Source: Prorocentrum cordatum (taxonomy: Eukaryota). Taken from it: a DNA stretch of 64,000 nucleotides. The number at the start of each line of letters is the position of its first letter. Positions within the stretch are counted from its first letter, which is position 1. The position numbers were made by a program, and so were the translations under genes. This document shows positions 1 through 12,249 of this stretch, piece after piece. The notes under the pieces are model-generated. The model was not told the origin of the DNA. It ran no database searches and saw only the letters and a program-made list of their open reading frames with translations. The stretch is from positions 1-64,000 of the forward strand of contig CAUYUJ010000307.1 of assembly GCA_963575745.1 (NCBI GenBank). Direction: 5' to 3'.

Positions 1-29
1 GAGGAGGAGGAGGAGGAGGAGGGAGGAGA

Positions 30-427
30 AACAGGAGGAGGAGAAAAAGGAGGAGGAGGAACAGGCTGGGGAGGAAGGCGAGGGATGATGAGGTGCAGGC
101 ATGGGGCAGAATGAAGCCTTCCTCCTCCTCCTCCTTTTCCTCCTCCTCCTTCTCCTCCTCCTCCTCGCCCGGAGGGGGAGGATAGATGGAGGCAGGAGGG
201 GGAAGAGTAACTAGGGCAGGGGCCCCAGAAGACGACGAAGTCGTCGCCCTCTTCGTGGTGGTGGTGGTGGTGGTGGTGGTGGTCGTCGTCGTCGCCGTCG
301 TCGACTGTCGAGTGTTTCTGGAGCCTCTGGTCGCCACGGCACGAGGCGGCCCGGTGAACGGGCCAGATCGATGGACCCCTCGAGGGGTTCGGGGATCCGC
401 TTCGCCCGGATTTTGACAACGGCGGCC

Positions 428-503
<76 letters not shown>

Positions 504-807
504 ACACGACGACGAGTGGTCGGAGGATCGCGCCGCACCAGTGGTGAATCGGCGCTGCGGCGCAGTCTGGATTCCGATCTGTTACATCCCGGCACGTCGG
601 AGTTGATCCTCCGGCTCCTTCCGCTCCGACCATGCTCGGGTTGCCTCCAGATGATTTGCTGCGAGCCCGGGCGGAAGGGGGAAGGGGCGGGCCTTCTCAG
701 AAGACTCGGAAGTCCCCTGGCCTTGTGAGAAGCTCTCTGAGCCTTCCCTTAAGTCGGGCACGTCCCTCTACAGAAAGAATCTTCAGAAATAGTCAAAAAT
801 AGTCAGG
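30..807. repeat. Segmental direct repeat, copy A (~780 bp)
   Basis: Near-identical to 3850-4624, including the unique sequence GTCGACTGTCGAGTGTTTCTGGAGCC and the end AGAAATAGTCAAAAATAGTCAGG; differences are mostly microsatellite length. Confidence 0.95.
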
Positions 808-2810
808 AGGATGAGGAGGAGGAAGAGGAGGAGAAGTAGGAGGAGGAGGAGGAGGAGGATGGTCACGGCCACAGAGGGAGGGGTCGATGGGGGGAGAGAC
901 AAGGAAAAGGGGGCGGTGTCGCCTCTCAGAAAGACCTCCGTCAGGCCCCGCCTCCCGAGGCTCCGTCCCTTCGGGGCGGGCCCCCGTCAGGGCGAAATAG
1001 GGAGGAGGAGGAGGAGGAGGAGGAGGAGGAGGAGGAGGAGGAGGAGGAGGAGGAGGAGGAGGAGGAGCGAGGATGGCCCCGCGGCGCGCGGCGCATCAGC
1101 CTCCGCGCGGGGCAGCCCAAGCGGAGGAGGAGGAGGAGGAGGAGGAGGAGGAGGAGGAGGAGGAGGGAAAGGGAGGAGGGAAAGGGAGGAGGGAAAGGGA
1201 GGAGGAGGAGGAGGAGGAGGAGGAGGAGGAGGAGGAGGAGGAGGAGGAGGGGGAGGAGGAGGAGGAGGAGGGCAAGCTAGGCGCGCTCGCGTCATATCTG
1301 ACATCCCTTACCATGGCGTAGATCCCCTCTCTACTCGCACAGTCGGATGTCGAGCAGGGCAATGATCCCGAAAGGGTACGCGATGCATTGTAGAGCACGG
1401 CATAGCACGGCGTAGAAAAGCACCGCAAAGCGTAGTATGGCAGAACATGGCGTGGCGTGGCGTAGTGAAGAATTGCACCACAAAGCTTTGCAACGCAAAG
1501 CATGACATCGCACAGCGGCCCCGAACATAACATTGCATAGCATGGCGTTGAAGATCAAAGTGTAGCATGGCATAGCACGACGTGACACTTAAGCACTGCA
1601 TATCACAGCTTCAGCTGAAGGCATGGCATCGCGCAGCGGAACGCAACCTAGCATTGCATTGCATGCCGTGGCATGGCACGGGAAATGACGCCAGCGCTGC
1701 AGCGGGAGCACGATTCGGAACGAGCGGAAGCGCGGAAGAGGAGGGAGAGGGAGGAGGGAAAGGGAAGGGAGGAGGAGGAGGAGGAGGAGGAGGAGGAGGA
1801 GGAGGAGGAGGAGCTCCCAAGCCTCGTCGGGCTCAGCGTGGTCCCCGGCCCTCCGAGCCAGGGCGGCCTCCGAGGCTGGCCTCCGCGAGGCCCTGGAGCC
1901 GAGCTCTCCCCTGCTGCCGCCCGGGAGGCGCTCGGCACCGCCTGGGCGCGAGCGTTCGTTCTCGGCGAGGACCATCGAGGAGCCCTTTGGCTCATGGATC
2001 GGGGGTGGACAGAACCCCCACCCTGACACGTCGATTATCTGTGAGGAGGCATTCGTTCTCGGCGAGGACCATCCCGAGCAGTTCCTGTGGGTGGAGGGCA
2101 CAGGGTGAACTCTGAAATGCCGAATTCGATTGGTTTCCGAGGATACCTGCAAGAGGTGATCACAAGGCGGATTCATTCTCGAGGTGCAAAAGCCCATATG
2201 TATTTCACCCTGAGCCCTCCACCCTAAGAACCTGCTCAGTCATCGAGGAGCTTTTAGGCTCATGCAGCAGCAGAAAACAAAACAAACACGCACGAAACCG
2301 ACCACATGCACGGGGAAGGGACGTCCGAGGAGCGGTGGCAAGAGGAGAAACCGAAAGTCTTCCACCAGGCCTGGAGCTCTACGCTCGGGATGACCGCTTG
2401 TCGCGAGAAAGTCGGGAGCCTCCTTGGGGCACACACACACGGCCTCCTCTGGGGCCACTCCGTAGTGATCGAACCAGCGGTCGCGGATTGCTTGCGAAGG
2501 GACCGGGGGCTCGTCCAGAGCCACACGGGACTCCATAGGATGCATTCGCCCTCGAAGCCGATTACGCACAGAATACGCCGAACCACCCTTGAGCACCGAG
2601 GCCCATGGCAAGGACTGCAAAGGCCCCCTGTTTGCAGTGGACGGCGAACTGGTGGCAGGTCGTGCAAACAGTAGTAGGTCCCAGCCAGGGGCGCCCTCTT
2701 CTAAAACAGAGTTACCCTTCACAACCCAGGGCACTCTGGACCCCAAACGGGCACCTTCGTCCTCGGCCTCCTACTCGCCCATCTGCAACGTCAGCCTCTA
2801 CCATACCCTA

Positions 2811-2812
<2 letters not shown>

Positions 2813-2880
<68 letters not shown>

Positions 2881-3900
2881 CAGCAGGGGGCGGGTCGGCA
2901 GCAGGGGGCGGGATGGCAGCAGGGAAGCTGGAGGCCTATGGTAGGGCCCCTGGCGGGGGAGGAGGAGGAGGAGGAGGAGGAGGAGGAGGAGGAGGAGGAG
3001 GAGGAGGAGGAGGAGGAGGAGGAGAGGAGGAGGAGGAGGAGGAGGAGGAGGAGGAGGGAGGAGGAGAGGAGGAGGAGGAGGAGGAGGAGGAGGAGGGGAG
3101 GAGGAGGAGGAGGAGGGAGGAGGTGGGAGGAGGAGGAGGAGGAGGAGGAGGAGGAGGAGGAGGGGAGGAGGAGGAGGAGGAGGAGGAGGAGGAGGAGGAG
3201 GAGGAGGAGGAGGAGGAGGAGGAGGAGGAGGGGAGGAAGGAGGAGGAGGAGGAGGAGGAGGAGGAGGAGGAGGAGAGGAGGGAGAGGAGGAGGAGGAGGA
3301 GGAGGAGGAGGAGGAGGAGGAGGAGGAAAGGGAGGAGGAGGAAGAAGGAGGAGGAGGAGGAGGAGGACGAGGAGGGAAAAGGGAGGAGGAGGAGGAGGAG
3401 AGGAGGAGAGGAGGAGGGGAGGAGGAGGAGGAGGAGGAGGAGGAGATGGCCCCGCGCCGCGCGGCGCATCAGCCTCCGCGCAAGCGCCGGCGAGGCCGAG
3501 GAGGAGGCCGATGACGAGGAGGGCGCAGGCGTGAGGAGGAGGCCCGCCGCTGTCCGCCGGCGCCCGGCTTCCGCGGAGGCGCCCGACGAGGGCGAAGAGG
3601 AGGAGGGCGAGGCCCGCGGGGCAGCCCAAGCGGAGGAGGAATAGGAGGAGGAGGAGCAGGAGGAGGTGGAGGAGGAGGAGGAGGAGGAGGAGGAGGAGGA
3701 GGAGAGGAGGAGGAGGAGGAGGAGGAGGAGGAGAGGAGGACGGAGGAGGAGGAGGAGGAGGGAGGGAGGAGGGAGGGAGGGAAGGGAGGAGAGGGAGGGG
3801 GAGGGAGGGAGGGAGGGAGGGAGGGAGGAGGAGGAGGAGGAGGAGGAGGAGGAGGAGGAGGAGAAAAAGGAGGAGGAGACAAAGGAGGAGGAGGAACAGG
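2813..3900. repeat. (CAG)n followed by long (GAG)n microsatellite
   Basis: Direct reading; explains the poly-A/E/G/R/P/S/L ORFs. Confidence 0.95.
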
Positions 3901-4279
3901 CTGGGGAGGAAGGCGAGGGATGATGAGGTGCAGGCATGGGGCAGAATGAAGCCTTCCTCCTCCTCCTTTTCCTCCTCCTCCTCCTTCTCCTCCTCCTCCT
4001 CCTCCTCCTCCTCGCCCGGAGGGGGAGGATAGATGGAGGCAGGAGGGGGAAGAGTAACTAGGGCAGGGGACCCAGAAGACGACGAAGTCGTCGCCCTCTT
4101 CGTGGTGGTGGTGGTGGTGGTGGTCGTCGTCGCCGTCGTCGACTGTCGAGTGTTTCTGGAGCCTCTGGTCGCCACGGTACGAGGCGGCCCAGTGAACGGG
4201 CCAGATCGATGGACCCCTCGAGGGGTTCGGGGATCCGCTTCGCACGGATTTTGACAACGGCGGCCGCGGCGGCGGCGGT

Positions 4280-4320
<41 letters not shown>

Positions 4321-4624
4321 ACACGACGACGAGTGGTCGGAGGATCGCGCCGCACCAGTGGTGAATCGGCGCTGCGGCGCAGTCTGGATTCCGATCTGTT
4401 ACATCCCGGCACGTCGGAGTTGATCCTCTGGCTCCTCCCGCTCCGACCATGCTCGGGTTGCCTCCAGATGATTTGCGGCGAGCCCGGGCGGAAGGGGGAA
4501 GGGGCGGGCCTTCTCAGAAGACTCGGAAGTCCCCTGGCCTTGTGAGAAGCTCTCTGAGCCTTCCCTTAAGTCGGGCACGTCCCTCTACAGAAAGAATCTT
4601 CAGAAATAGTCAAAAATAGTCAGG
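3850..4624. repeat. Segmental direct repeat, copy B
   Basis: Matches 30-807; the ORF track shows the same pseudo-peptides at 4033/4058/4333 as at 186/211/516. Confidence 0.95.
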
Positions 4625-4854
4625 GGCCAATTTTTCTATGTTTTTCCCTACCTAGGCTCTGCCTAGAAGGGTTCTTACACTGTAGCTTAAAGGGGCCGGG
4701 CAGTGCAACCCGCCCCGGGTGGTTCCCCCAGTCCCCTGGGAGCCAAGCAAAAGCAACAGCAAAGGTAAAAGCAAACGCGCGGTTCCCCCAGTTGCGCTTC
4801 CTGGGTGCCAAGCAAAAGCAAAGGCAAAAGTGAAGGCAATAGCGAAGGCAAAGC

Positions 4855-5047
4855 AAAAGCATAGCATAGCAAATCATAGCATAGCATAGCATAGCGCAGC
4901 ATGGCGTAGCGCAGCATAGCAAAGCACAGCATAACATAGCCTAGCCTAGCCCAGCATAGCATTGCGCAGCATAACATAGCATAGCATAGCATAGCATAGC
5001 ACAGCACAGCATAGCATAGTATAGCATAGCACAGCACAGCGCAGCAC
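4855..5047. repeat. (GCATA)n pentanucleotide microsatellite (degenerate copy also ~1380-1680)
   Basis: Tandem GCATA/GCACA units. Confidence 0.9.
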
Positions 5048-5322
5048 ATCATCCACTATTGCTGCTACAACTACGACGATGAGGAGAAGGAGGAGGACGG
5101 CGTTTACCGCTCCTACTACTGATGCTTTCCTAGAGGCTCCAACTCCTAGGTAGGGCCGCACTGGGATAATACAACTATTTTCGAATCTGTTCGACCATTC
5201 TTTCCGCCCGCATCCGCCCGTCGGAGGCCATGCCCGACCTGAGCCTTCCCGTAGACACCGCAGACTTCTCGGAAGGCGCGAGGACTCAGAAGCCCCGCCG
5301 CCTTCTGAGACGGCCCTCTCCT

Positions 5323-6188
5323 CCCAGACCCCTGACGTCATGATTTTTTCATGACGTCGACCCCCGAGGTCTCGACCCATTCCCCGGGACCGGTTTTTCG
5401 TCCCGAGTCGTTTTTTGACGGTCCCGAGGGCCGGTAAGGGCCCCCAAAGGCCAAAATAATGAAACACCTCCCGTCGTGATTTTTTCATAACTCGAGGGGG
5501 TCTGGGCTTCTCGCTTCCCCCCCCTCGCCCGCCGCGGCGAGGACGGCGAAGAAGATGAAGAGGAGGCGGAGGAGGGCCAGGACCCCCGTGCGGGCGGCCG
5601 GCGGGCCCCTCCCGTGCTCTATATCCGCCCTCTGCGCCCCTGGGCCGCCCGGCGCCTCTCTTGCCCTCCTGCCCGGGCGGGGCCCCCCCTCGCACCAGGG
5701 TGGAGTCGGGCCTGCCCCTGTGCATGGGGGAAAAGTGCAAAACAGGAACACCGTAGGCTGGGGACGATTTGTGGACCATGTTCGACAATCGTTTTTGGGG
5801 GTACCTCTTATTTTTCGTCCAACATCCCGCTGTAGGAGGACAGGCCCGACTTGGCGCCGAGGCGGGCAGCGGCCAGGAGCTCTGGCCGGCGGCCGGGCCT
5901 GCTCGGCAGGCCGACCCCGCCGCGGCAGGGGCACCCTCCGGTCCCGTGCCCCACGGCCCACGCCTCCTGCCCTCCTGTGGCAGCACGTGCGGCCCTCAGA
6001 TCCCCAGACCCCCTCGAGTTGTGAAAAAATCACGACGGGAGGCTTTTCATTATTTTTGGCCCTTGGGGGCCCTTGCTGGCCCTCGGGAGCGTCAAAAAAC
6101 GGCTCAGGACGAAACACCGGTCCCGGGGAATGGGTCGAGACCTCGGGGGGTCGACGTCATGAAAAAATCATGACGTCGGGGGTCTGGG
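5323..6188. mobile_element. Foldback/MITE-like element: two ~185-bp inverted copies (5323-5506, 6003-6188)
   Basis: The second unit is the reverse complement of the first; each unit is bounded by CCCAGACCCC...GGGGTCTGGG and contains the hairpin GACGTCATGA-TTTTT-TCATGACGTC. Confidence 0.8.
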
Positions 6189-6206
6189 GCCCCCCCGCGC
6201 CACGGC

Positions 6207-6372
6207 TCAGGAGGAACAAAAAACACAGACACAATTTATCGCCCACTCCCAGGAGAATGCGGGCAAAGATGGGGAGTGGGGGCGAAGACAAACCCCCAGA
6301 AAAGTATGGGAAATACGGGGTATCCTGTGACTTGGTGTGTGCATTGATTTGTGTGTCCCAGGGTCCCTTCAA
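6207..6372 (+). repeat. Dispersed ~130-165-bp repeat, copy 1 (others at ~30416-30578 and ~36253-36381)
   Basis: Shared TCAGGAGG...ACAGACACAAT...ATGGGAAA...ATTTGTGTGT...CCCTTCAA layout in three places. Confidence 0.85.
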
Positions 6373-6650
6373 AGGCCCCGAGCTGCTCCCCGCCTCCCGC
6401 CCCGCGGAGCGGAGCGGCTCACCGCGCTCCGCCCCCGGCGGCGCCGCGTGCCGCCGGGGGGCGGCCGCCGCGGCACGCTCCTGCCACAGCTTTTTCCCGA
6501 CGGCAGGCGAGCGGGCGCGAGCCGGCATGGCTCCCGCGCCGGCCCTCTCGCCCTCCGCCGGCGCGTGCCGGGCGTCTGAGGAGGAGGAGGAGGAGGAGGA
6601 GGAGGAGGAGGAGGAGGAGGAGGAGGAGGGGCAGGAGGAGGAGCAGGAGG

Positions 6651-8186
6651 AGCGCCCCCCCATGGAGCGACGCCCAGCCATGGGGCGGGGAGGGAGGGGG
6701 GGCGCGGGGCCGGTCACAGGCGCTGTCGCGAACACCAGAACAGGAGGAGGAGGAGGAGGAGGAGGAGCAGGAGGAGGAGCAGGAGGAGAGGCCGCCCCGG
6801 CCCGTGTCGAGGGGGCCTCCGCGGTCGGCAGCGGCACGGGCTGCGCGAGTCGTCCGTGGTCGTACCGGCGTCGCTGCGGTGCCTCTTGAGAATCGGCGTC
6901 CAGCCTGCGCCAGTGCCACCTGCTGCTGCTTGCTTTTTGTTGCCCAAGGTCGGCATTCAGGTTTGCCCTCCAGTTTTGATGTGCAACGTTCTGCTCATCG
7001 GGCGTGCCGCTCAGATTCCCACACGTGCTGGGGGATCACATCCAGCCCGTACGAGGGGTTCCGACACAGAGTCGCCAATCTAGAAACTCGGGCAGCGTTC
7101 AGGCACCAATCACGGACACGATATCTCGCACCAGACTCCAGGGCAACAAATCTCACGGGTAGCCCTCGGCACTGTACACATCTTTCGCTCTCACTTCCCG
7201 TTACGCCTCTTAGTTAGCTAGTTCGGATAGATTTCGACAGCGGCTTGGGGTGCTTCGCTCCGCGTCGGCAAAGAGTGTAATTGTCCAGAGCATGGCTTCC
7301 AGAAGCTCGGCACGTGACTCCAGCCGTTCGCGCTTCCAGCCTCCCGCCGGAAGAGCACTGCACGCAAAAGCACTCCCAGCCTGCCCCGCATCGCTGAGGC
7401 GCAGGCGGTAGAGACGGTTCTGCGCCCCTTCAGATCTCTCGGCGCCGTGGTCGTGGTCGTGGTCGTGGTCATGGTCGTGGTCGTCGTCGTCCTCGTGTTC
7501 GTCCTCGTCCTCGTCCTCGTACTAATCCTCTTCCTCGTCCTCATCCTCGTCCTTGTGATCGTATTCGTCGTCGTGATCGTCGTCGTCGTGGTGGTCGTCG
7601 TGGTCTTGGACGCGGTGGTGTTGGTGGTCGTCGCCGTCCCCTCAGATCGGGGTGTCGCGGAGAAGCACGCCAGACGCTTCTGCCACGCCGAGCTTCGGGT
7701 GCTCCGCTCTCTTGCTCCTACCTGCTGCCCCAGACCCCTTGAGTGGCTTTCTCGATTCCCCGGCGGAACGTGGCCAGGGATGGGGGGGAGGAGGGGGAGG
7801 GGGCTGGCGCCGGCGCCGCCTGGGAATGCTCAGGAGTTGCTCCTTCCCACACGGCGCCAGCGCGAGTCGTGACGTGACCTTGTGGGGCGTCGCGCAGCGG
7901 GGAGGCGACACCTGGGGGCGAGCAGCGAGGGCCGCAGAGAAGGGGCCCTGTATGGGCCTGAAGGGGGGCCTGCAGGGCGCAGGGCACGAAAGGTGCACGC
8001 TTCTTCTTCCCCTGAGTTCACCAGGAGGAGGAGGAGGGGGAGGAGGAGGAGGAGGAGGAGGAGGAGGAGGAGGAGGAGGAGGAGGAGGAGGAGGAGCGCC
8101 CCCCATGGAGCGACGCCCAGCCATGGGGCGGGGAGGGAGGGGGGCGCGGGGCCGGTCACGGGCGCTGTCGCGGACACCAGGACAAG
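6651..8186 (+). repeat. Pair of ~93-bp direct repeats (6651-6744 and 8095-8186), each after a GAG run
   Basis: AGCGCCCCCCATGGAGCGACGCCCAGCCATGGGGCGG...GGCGCTGTCGCG present twice. Confidence 0.85.
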
Positions 8187-11100
8187 AACGGGCTCACGGC
8201 GCCGTGGTTCCCCTCGTGGGCGGGAGCCCTCGGCCCCGTCCCCGGGCCCCGAAGCACCGCCCGGGGCCTTGCCTCGACGGGCCCCTGGGCCGGCCAGCGG
8301 CTCCCCCCCCCCCTGGGTGCTGAGGCCAGAGCAGAGGGCCGATGAAAGCACAGCGCCCGCCGTGATTTTTGTGCAGGGTCGGGGCGCCTGGAGATCTGCG
8401 GGGGTCCATGGGTCGAGTAGGGGACCAGCTGCATGGATTCCCCCCGGGATTGGCTTGCTCGTCGAATCCATGGCGAATGCGCGGTTTTTTGGTAGGTCTA
8501 CGAGCATTCTGCGTATGCCTCGACGAGAAAATCAATTTCGGGGTACATCAATTCTGCAGTCGATCCCTTACTCGAGTTGGAGACAACGGCGGCATTCCAG
8601 CCCGACCCAAGCTCGTCCGAAATCGTTCACCAGTTGACGCCGGGGCCAGAGCAGGATCACCAGGTCATCCGCAGTGACGCGAACAAAATCGCGCTTCGCG
8701 CTTTCGCAGGTTGGGTCGGACCAGTTGCCTCTCTCCGAGGGTGTGGCGCGTGGGCGCGGCTGCGCGAAGACAATCGCGCATCGCGGGGCGCGGGGCGCGA
8801 ACTTGGTTGACTCAGGAGGTCAACACAAAGCGCACCGTGCCCGCCACGAAGTCCTGTCGGGGTCGCGGCGCCTAGTTAGAGATTTTTGGGGCCCCCTCGA
8901 GACCACGGCGGCTCGCCCGTCCGGTCCAGATCCGCCCAACACCGGCCCCCAGACCCCCACCAGGGGCCCATCCAGACCCGGCTCTTGGGGCGGATCCGGA
9001 CACGCGGCGGCGAGAATCGGGGGCGGAAAAGAGGGGGGTGGATATCATGGCGCGGGCCATGATATTTCCCCAGATTTCATGGCGCCTCTTCTTGTTTCAT
9101 TACGTCCCTGGCCCCCCCGCTGGGCCGCGCACATGCCGCCGGTCATGATTGGCCCCCCCCCCCTCTTGGACCCCCCCCTCTCGGCCGCTCCCGAGAGAAG
9201 GACCTAGGAGCCCCAGCGAGGACGTACACGCCAGGGACGGCCGCCATTTTCCCGACTGGCCCTCCTCGGATTCTCGCCCCGCAGGGACGACCACCACGGC
9301 GACGACGGCGACGACGATCGACGACGACGATCGACGATCGACGACGACGACGAGCACGATATCCGACGACGAGGACGACGATCGACGACCGCGGCGGCGG
9401 CGACCGCGATGGCGACGACGGCGACAGCGGCGGCGGCGGCCAGGGCGGCGGGCGGCGCCAGAAGGGCCCGGGCAAGGCCCCGCCGAGCGCCCGGGAGGCG
9501 CTCGCGCCACCCTCTGCCCGCTTTCGCCCGCCTGCCGCGGGGGTCTCTCGTCTCTCGAGTCGGGGGTCGACAGTGGCAGGCCCAGAAGTTGGCACCGGCA
9601 CCAGTTTCGTCGGTGTGCCTCCACCGAGGGAAGAAGATCCCGATCTCGGTGATGGTGGTAATACTCTGGCTTCCAAGGTGGCCGAAATGTTACCACCAAC
9701 ACCGAAATCGAGGATCACCTTCCCCCTTGTGGAGGAAAACCCCCTGTTTTGGTGTTGGTGCCCATTCCCAGGCCTCCAAGACTGCAGATTTGATTTGCCA
9801 CTGAATTTGTTTGTTCGTCGACTCCGTGAGACATGCGTGGAAAGTTCTCGTAGATCCACGAGCACTGTGCGCATCCTCCGAGTCTCTTGATCAGCGTTAT
9901 TGGGGGGGGGGGGTCACCCCCGCCGACAGCCCCACATCGACCCCCGTCGCGGGCAGCCACCGCGCGCCGAAGGCGCTCCGACCCCCGTCGCGGCGCGACG
10001 ACGAGGCGAGGCTGACCCCCGTCGGGGGCGGTACACCCCCACGCTGATTAAGAAACCCAGAGCATTGGTTGGTACATCTGGCCAGCAGAAGTCCATTTTG
10101 GGGCAGAGCCTTCTCCCGCCGCTGCGGCTGCTGCCCTCGGAAAGAGGGCCCGTCGAGACCCCCGCGTGCCGTGCTTCTTTCGTCGCTGGGCGGATCTCCT
10201 TGAGAGGCTCCTCGTGGCCTCGGCCAGCTCCGCTCCGAGCAGAAGCGCCAGCGTGCACCTCTGGAGGGGGGGTCCTCGAGCAGAGGCGCCCTCGAGGGCG
10301 GAAAGTTCTTCGCGCTTCGCGCTTCGCGCTTCGCGGCTCGGCTCCGTTGCCTCCTCGTCCTCCTCTTCTCCCCCGGGAGGGCGGCGCGAGCGCGCGCAGG
10401 AATTTTGCGCTTCGCGCAGCGCGAAGCGCGAAGTGTAGGCGCCCTTGCAGAGGCTGGGGGATCAGTCTTGAGCGGACTCGGGCCAGGCGGGGATGCCGCC
10501 GTCGTCTCGCCTCTTGCCCTGCCGCTTCGCTCTTGCACGCCTCTCGATGCGCGTGTGCGCGCCCTTCGTCCGCTGCACCTGCTCGAGCCGCGTCCGCGCC
10601 CACCGACGGAGCAGCATGAGGACTGCGTGGGGAGGTGGGGGGACAGCGTCGGCGGGGCCTCGTCCCTCGGGTTGCCTCGGTGCGCGACAGCCGCACCGAC
10701 GGGGCTGCAGACCAATCCCAGGCTCGGCTGGCTCGGGCCATGCCACAGGCGGCTGGGGTCGCTTGCTTTGGTCGTTCGCGACAGTGGAGCCCAGGGAATC
10801 CTTGGGCTCGGGGTTGAGTTGCGCACGCAAGCAGCTAGCACGAGGGCCCAGAGCGACTCTGGGCATTAGCGTCGGAGGGGTACCCGTCTGCTCTCCCTGT
10901 CTTGGCTTTCCACCTTGGAGCGTTGTTCGTTGCATCTCCACGAAGCATTGGGCCTTCGTCGAAGGGGTTCATGCTCTTGACCCGCATTGCCTTGCTTCGA
11001 TTGTGCACCACGTCGGTTGGTCGGCTAATGGACTCCGTATATGGGCCCTCCGGAGCTCCCCGCATCGTTGGAAGCAGGAGCCTCTGTGCACCGAACTCCG

Positions 11101-12249
11101 TGGCCGACCCGCTAGCGCGGCGCCTGCATCGAGCCCCCTCGGCAGATTTCGCCGGAAAGCCCACGCGAATGGAACGAGGATCAATGTGATATGTTCTGGG
11201 GATGTTTTTTTTTGGGGGGGGGGGGGGCATTCGGACAGGCCGCAGGAGGCGCTTTTTGCGCTCGGCGCGCGCGCGCGTGCACGGCGCTGCGCTTCCCGCG
11301 CAGCGCTCCCGCGCGCGGGCCAGGCGTGCGGCAAAGTGCGCGCGCGTGCACACTTTTTATTCCTTGCGGGCGCGTGCGCCAAGTGTTTGAAACAAGATGT
11401 TCCATGAGAGTGCTGCTGTCGCGCGCCGCGGGGAAACAATATGTTGTTTCCCTCTATTGGTGGGACACCAGTCCGTCCATAAGGCCGCCGAAACATGACT
11501 GATTTCACTTGTTGGGGGTGGGGGGGTTCTGAAGACCTCTGCGTGTTACGGAAAGGATGGGCACACAGACCGGCAGCAGCTCCTCTCAATTTTGAACAGG
11601 GCTCGCGGACGGTGTCGCCGCGGACGTCTTGTCCGTTTGTAACAGGATGCCGCCTGCTCAACAGCGGCCGCTGCTGGCTTCTGCGCAGCATCTGTTGTTG
11701 GGCACTGTGCCCATTTGTTCCATGTCGGTTTCGGGCGTCCAAATTGAAGTCGGGCCTTTCTCTCTACAGGCGGAATAGTAAAACATAGTAAAATTGTTCC
11801 GACGGAAGAACCCCACATGATAATCCTCTCGGTTAATCAAGAACAAAAACCCTCATTGCTGTCTCTTCTGCGTATATTTCTTCTCGCCCTGGCGCAGGCA
11901 CTCCTCCCGCTCCCTACGTTTCCTCCTTCCTCGCTCTCCTGTTTATTCGCGCCCCGCCATCTCCCCTCCTTTCTATTGCATGAGCGCGCATGTCGATTGT
12001 CCTCGGCGCCGTCGCCGCCTCGGCCAACACGGGCGCGTTCCCTAATTGCCACGTCGCGCAGCCGTTAGGACAACCCCGCGGGCCAGGACGTCGGGGCAAC
12101 CGCGCGAGCCGCTGGCGCGCAAAACCAAACCGTTGGGACAACCCCGCGGGCTTCGAGCGGGGCGCAGCCGCGCTCAGGCGGGAGCGCGGCCGCAAACTAT
12201 TGGTGGACATACACTTGCCTATACCAGTAACCAACCTTCATCCACGCGC

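Noticed and set aside
10407..10440. GCGCTTCGCGC-A-GCGCGAAGCGC hairpin as a Helitron 3' end
   Set aside because: No CTRR terminus follows and no matching 5' end was identified
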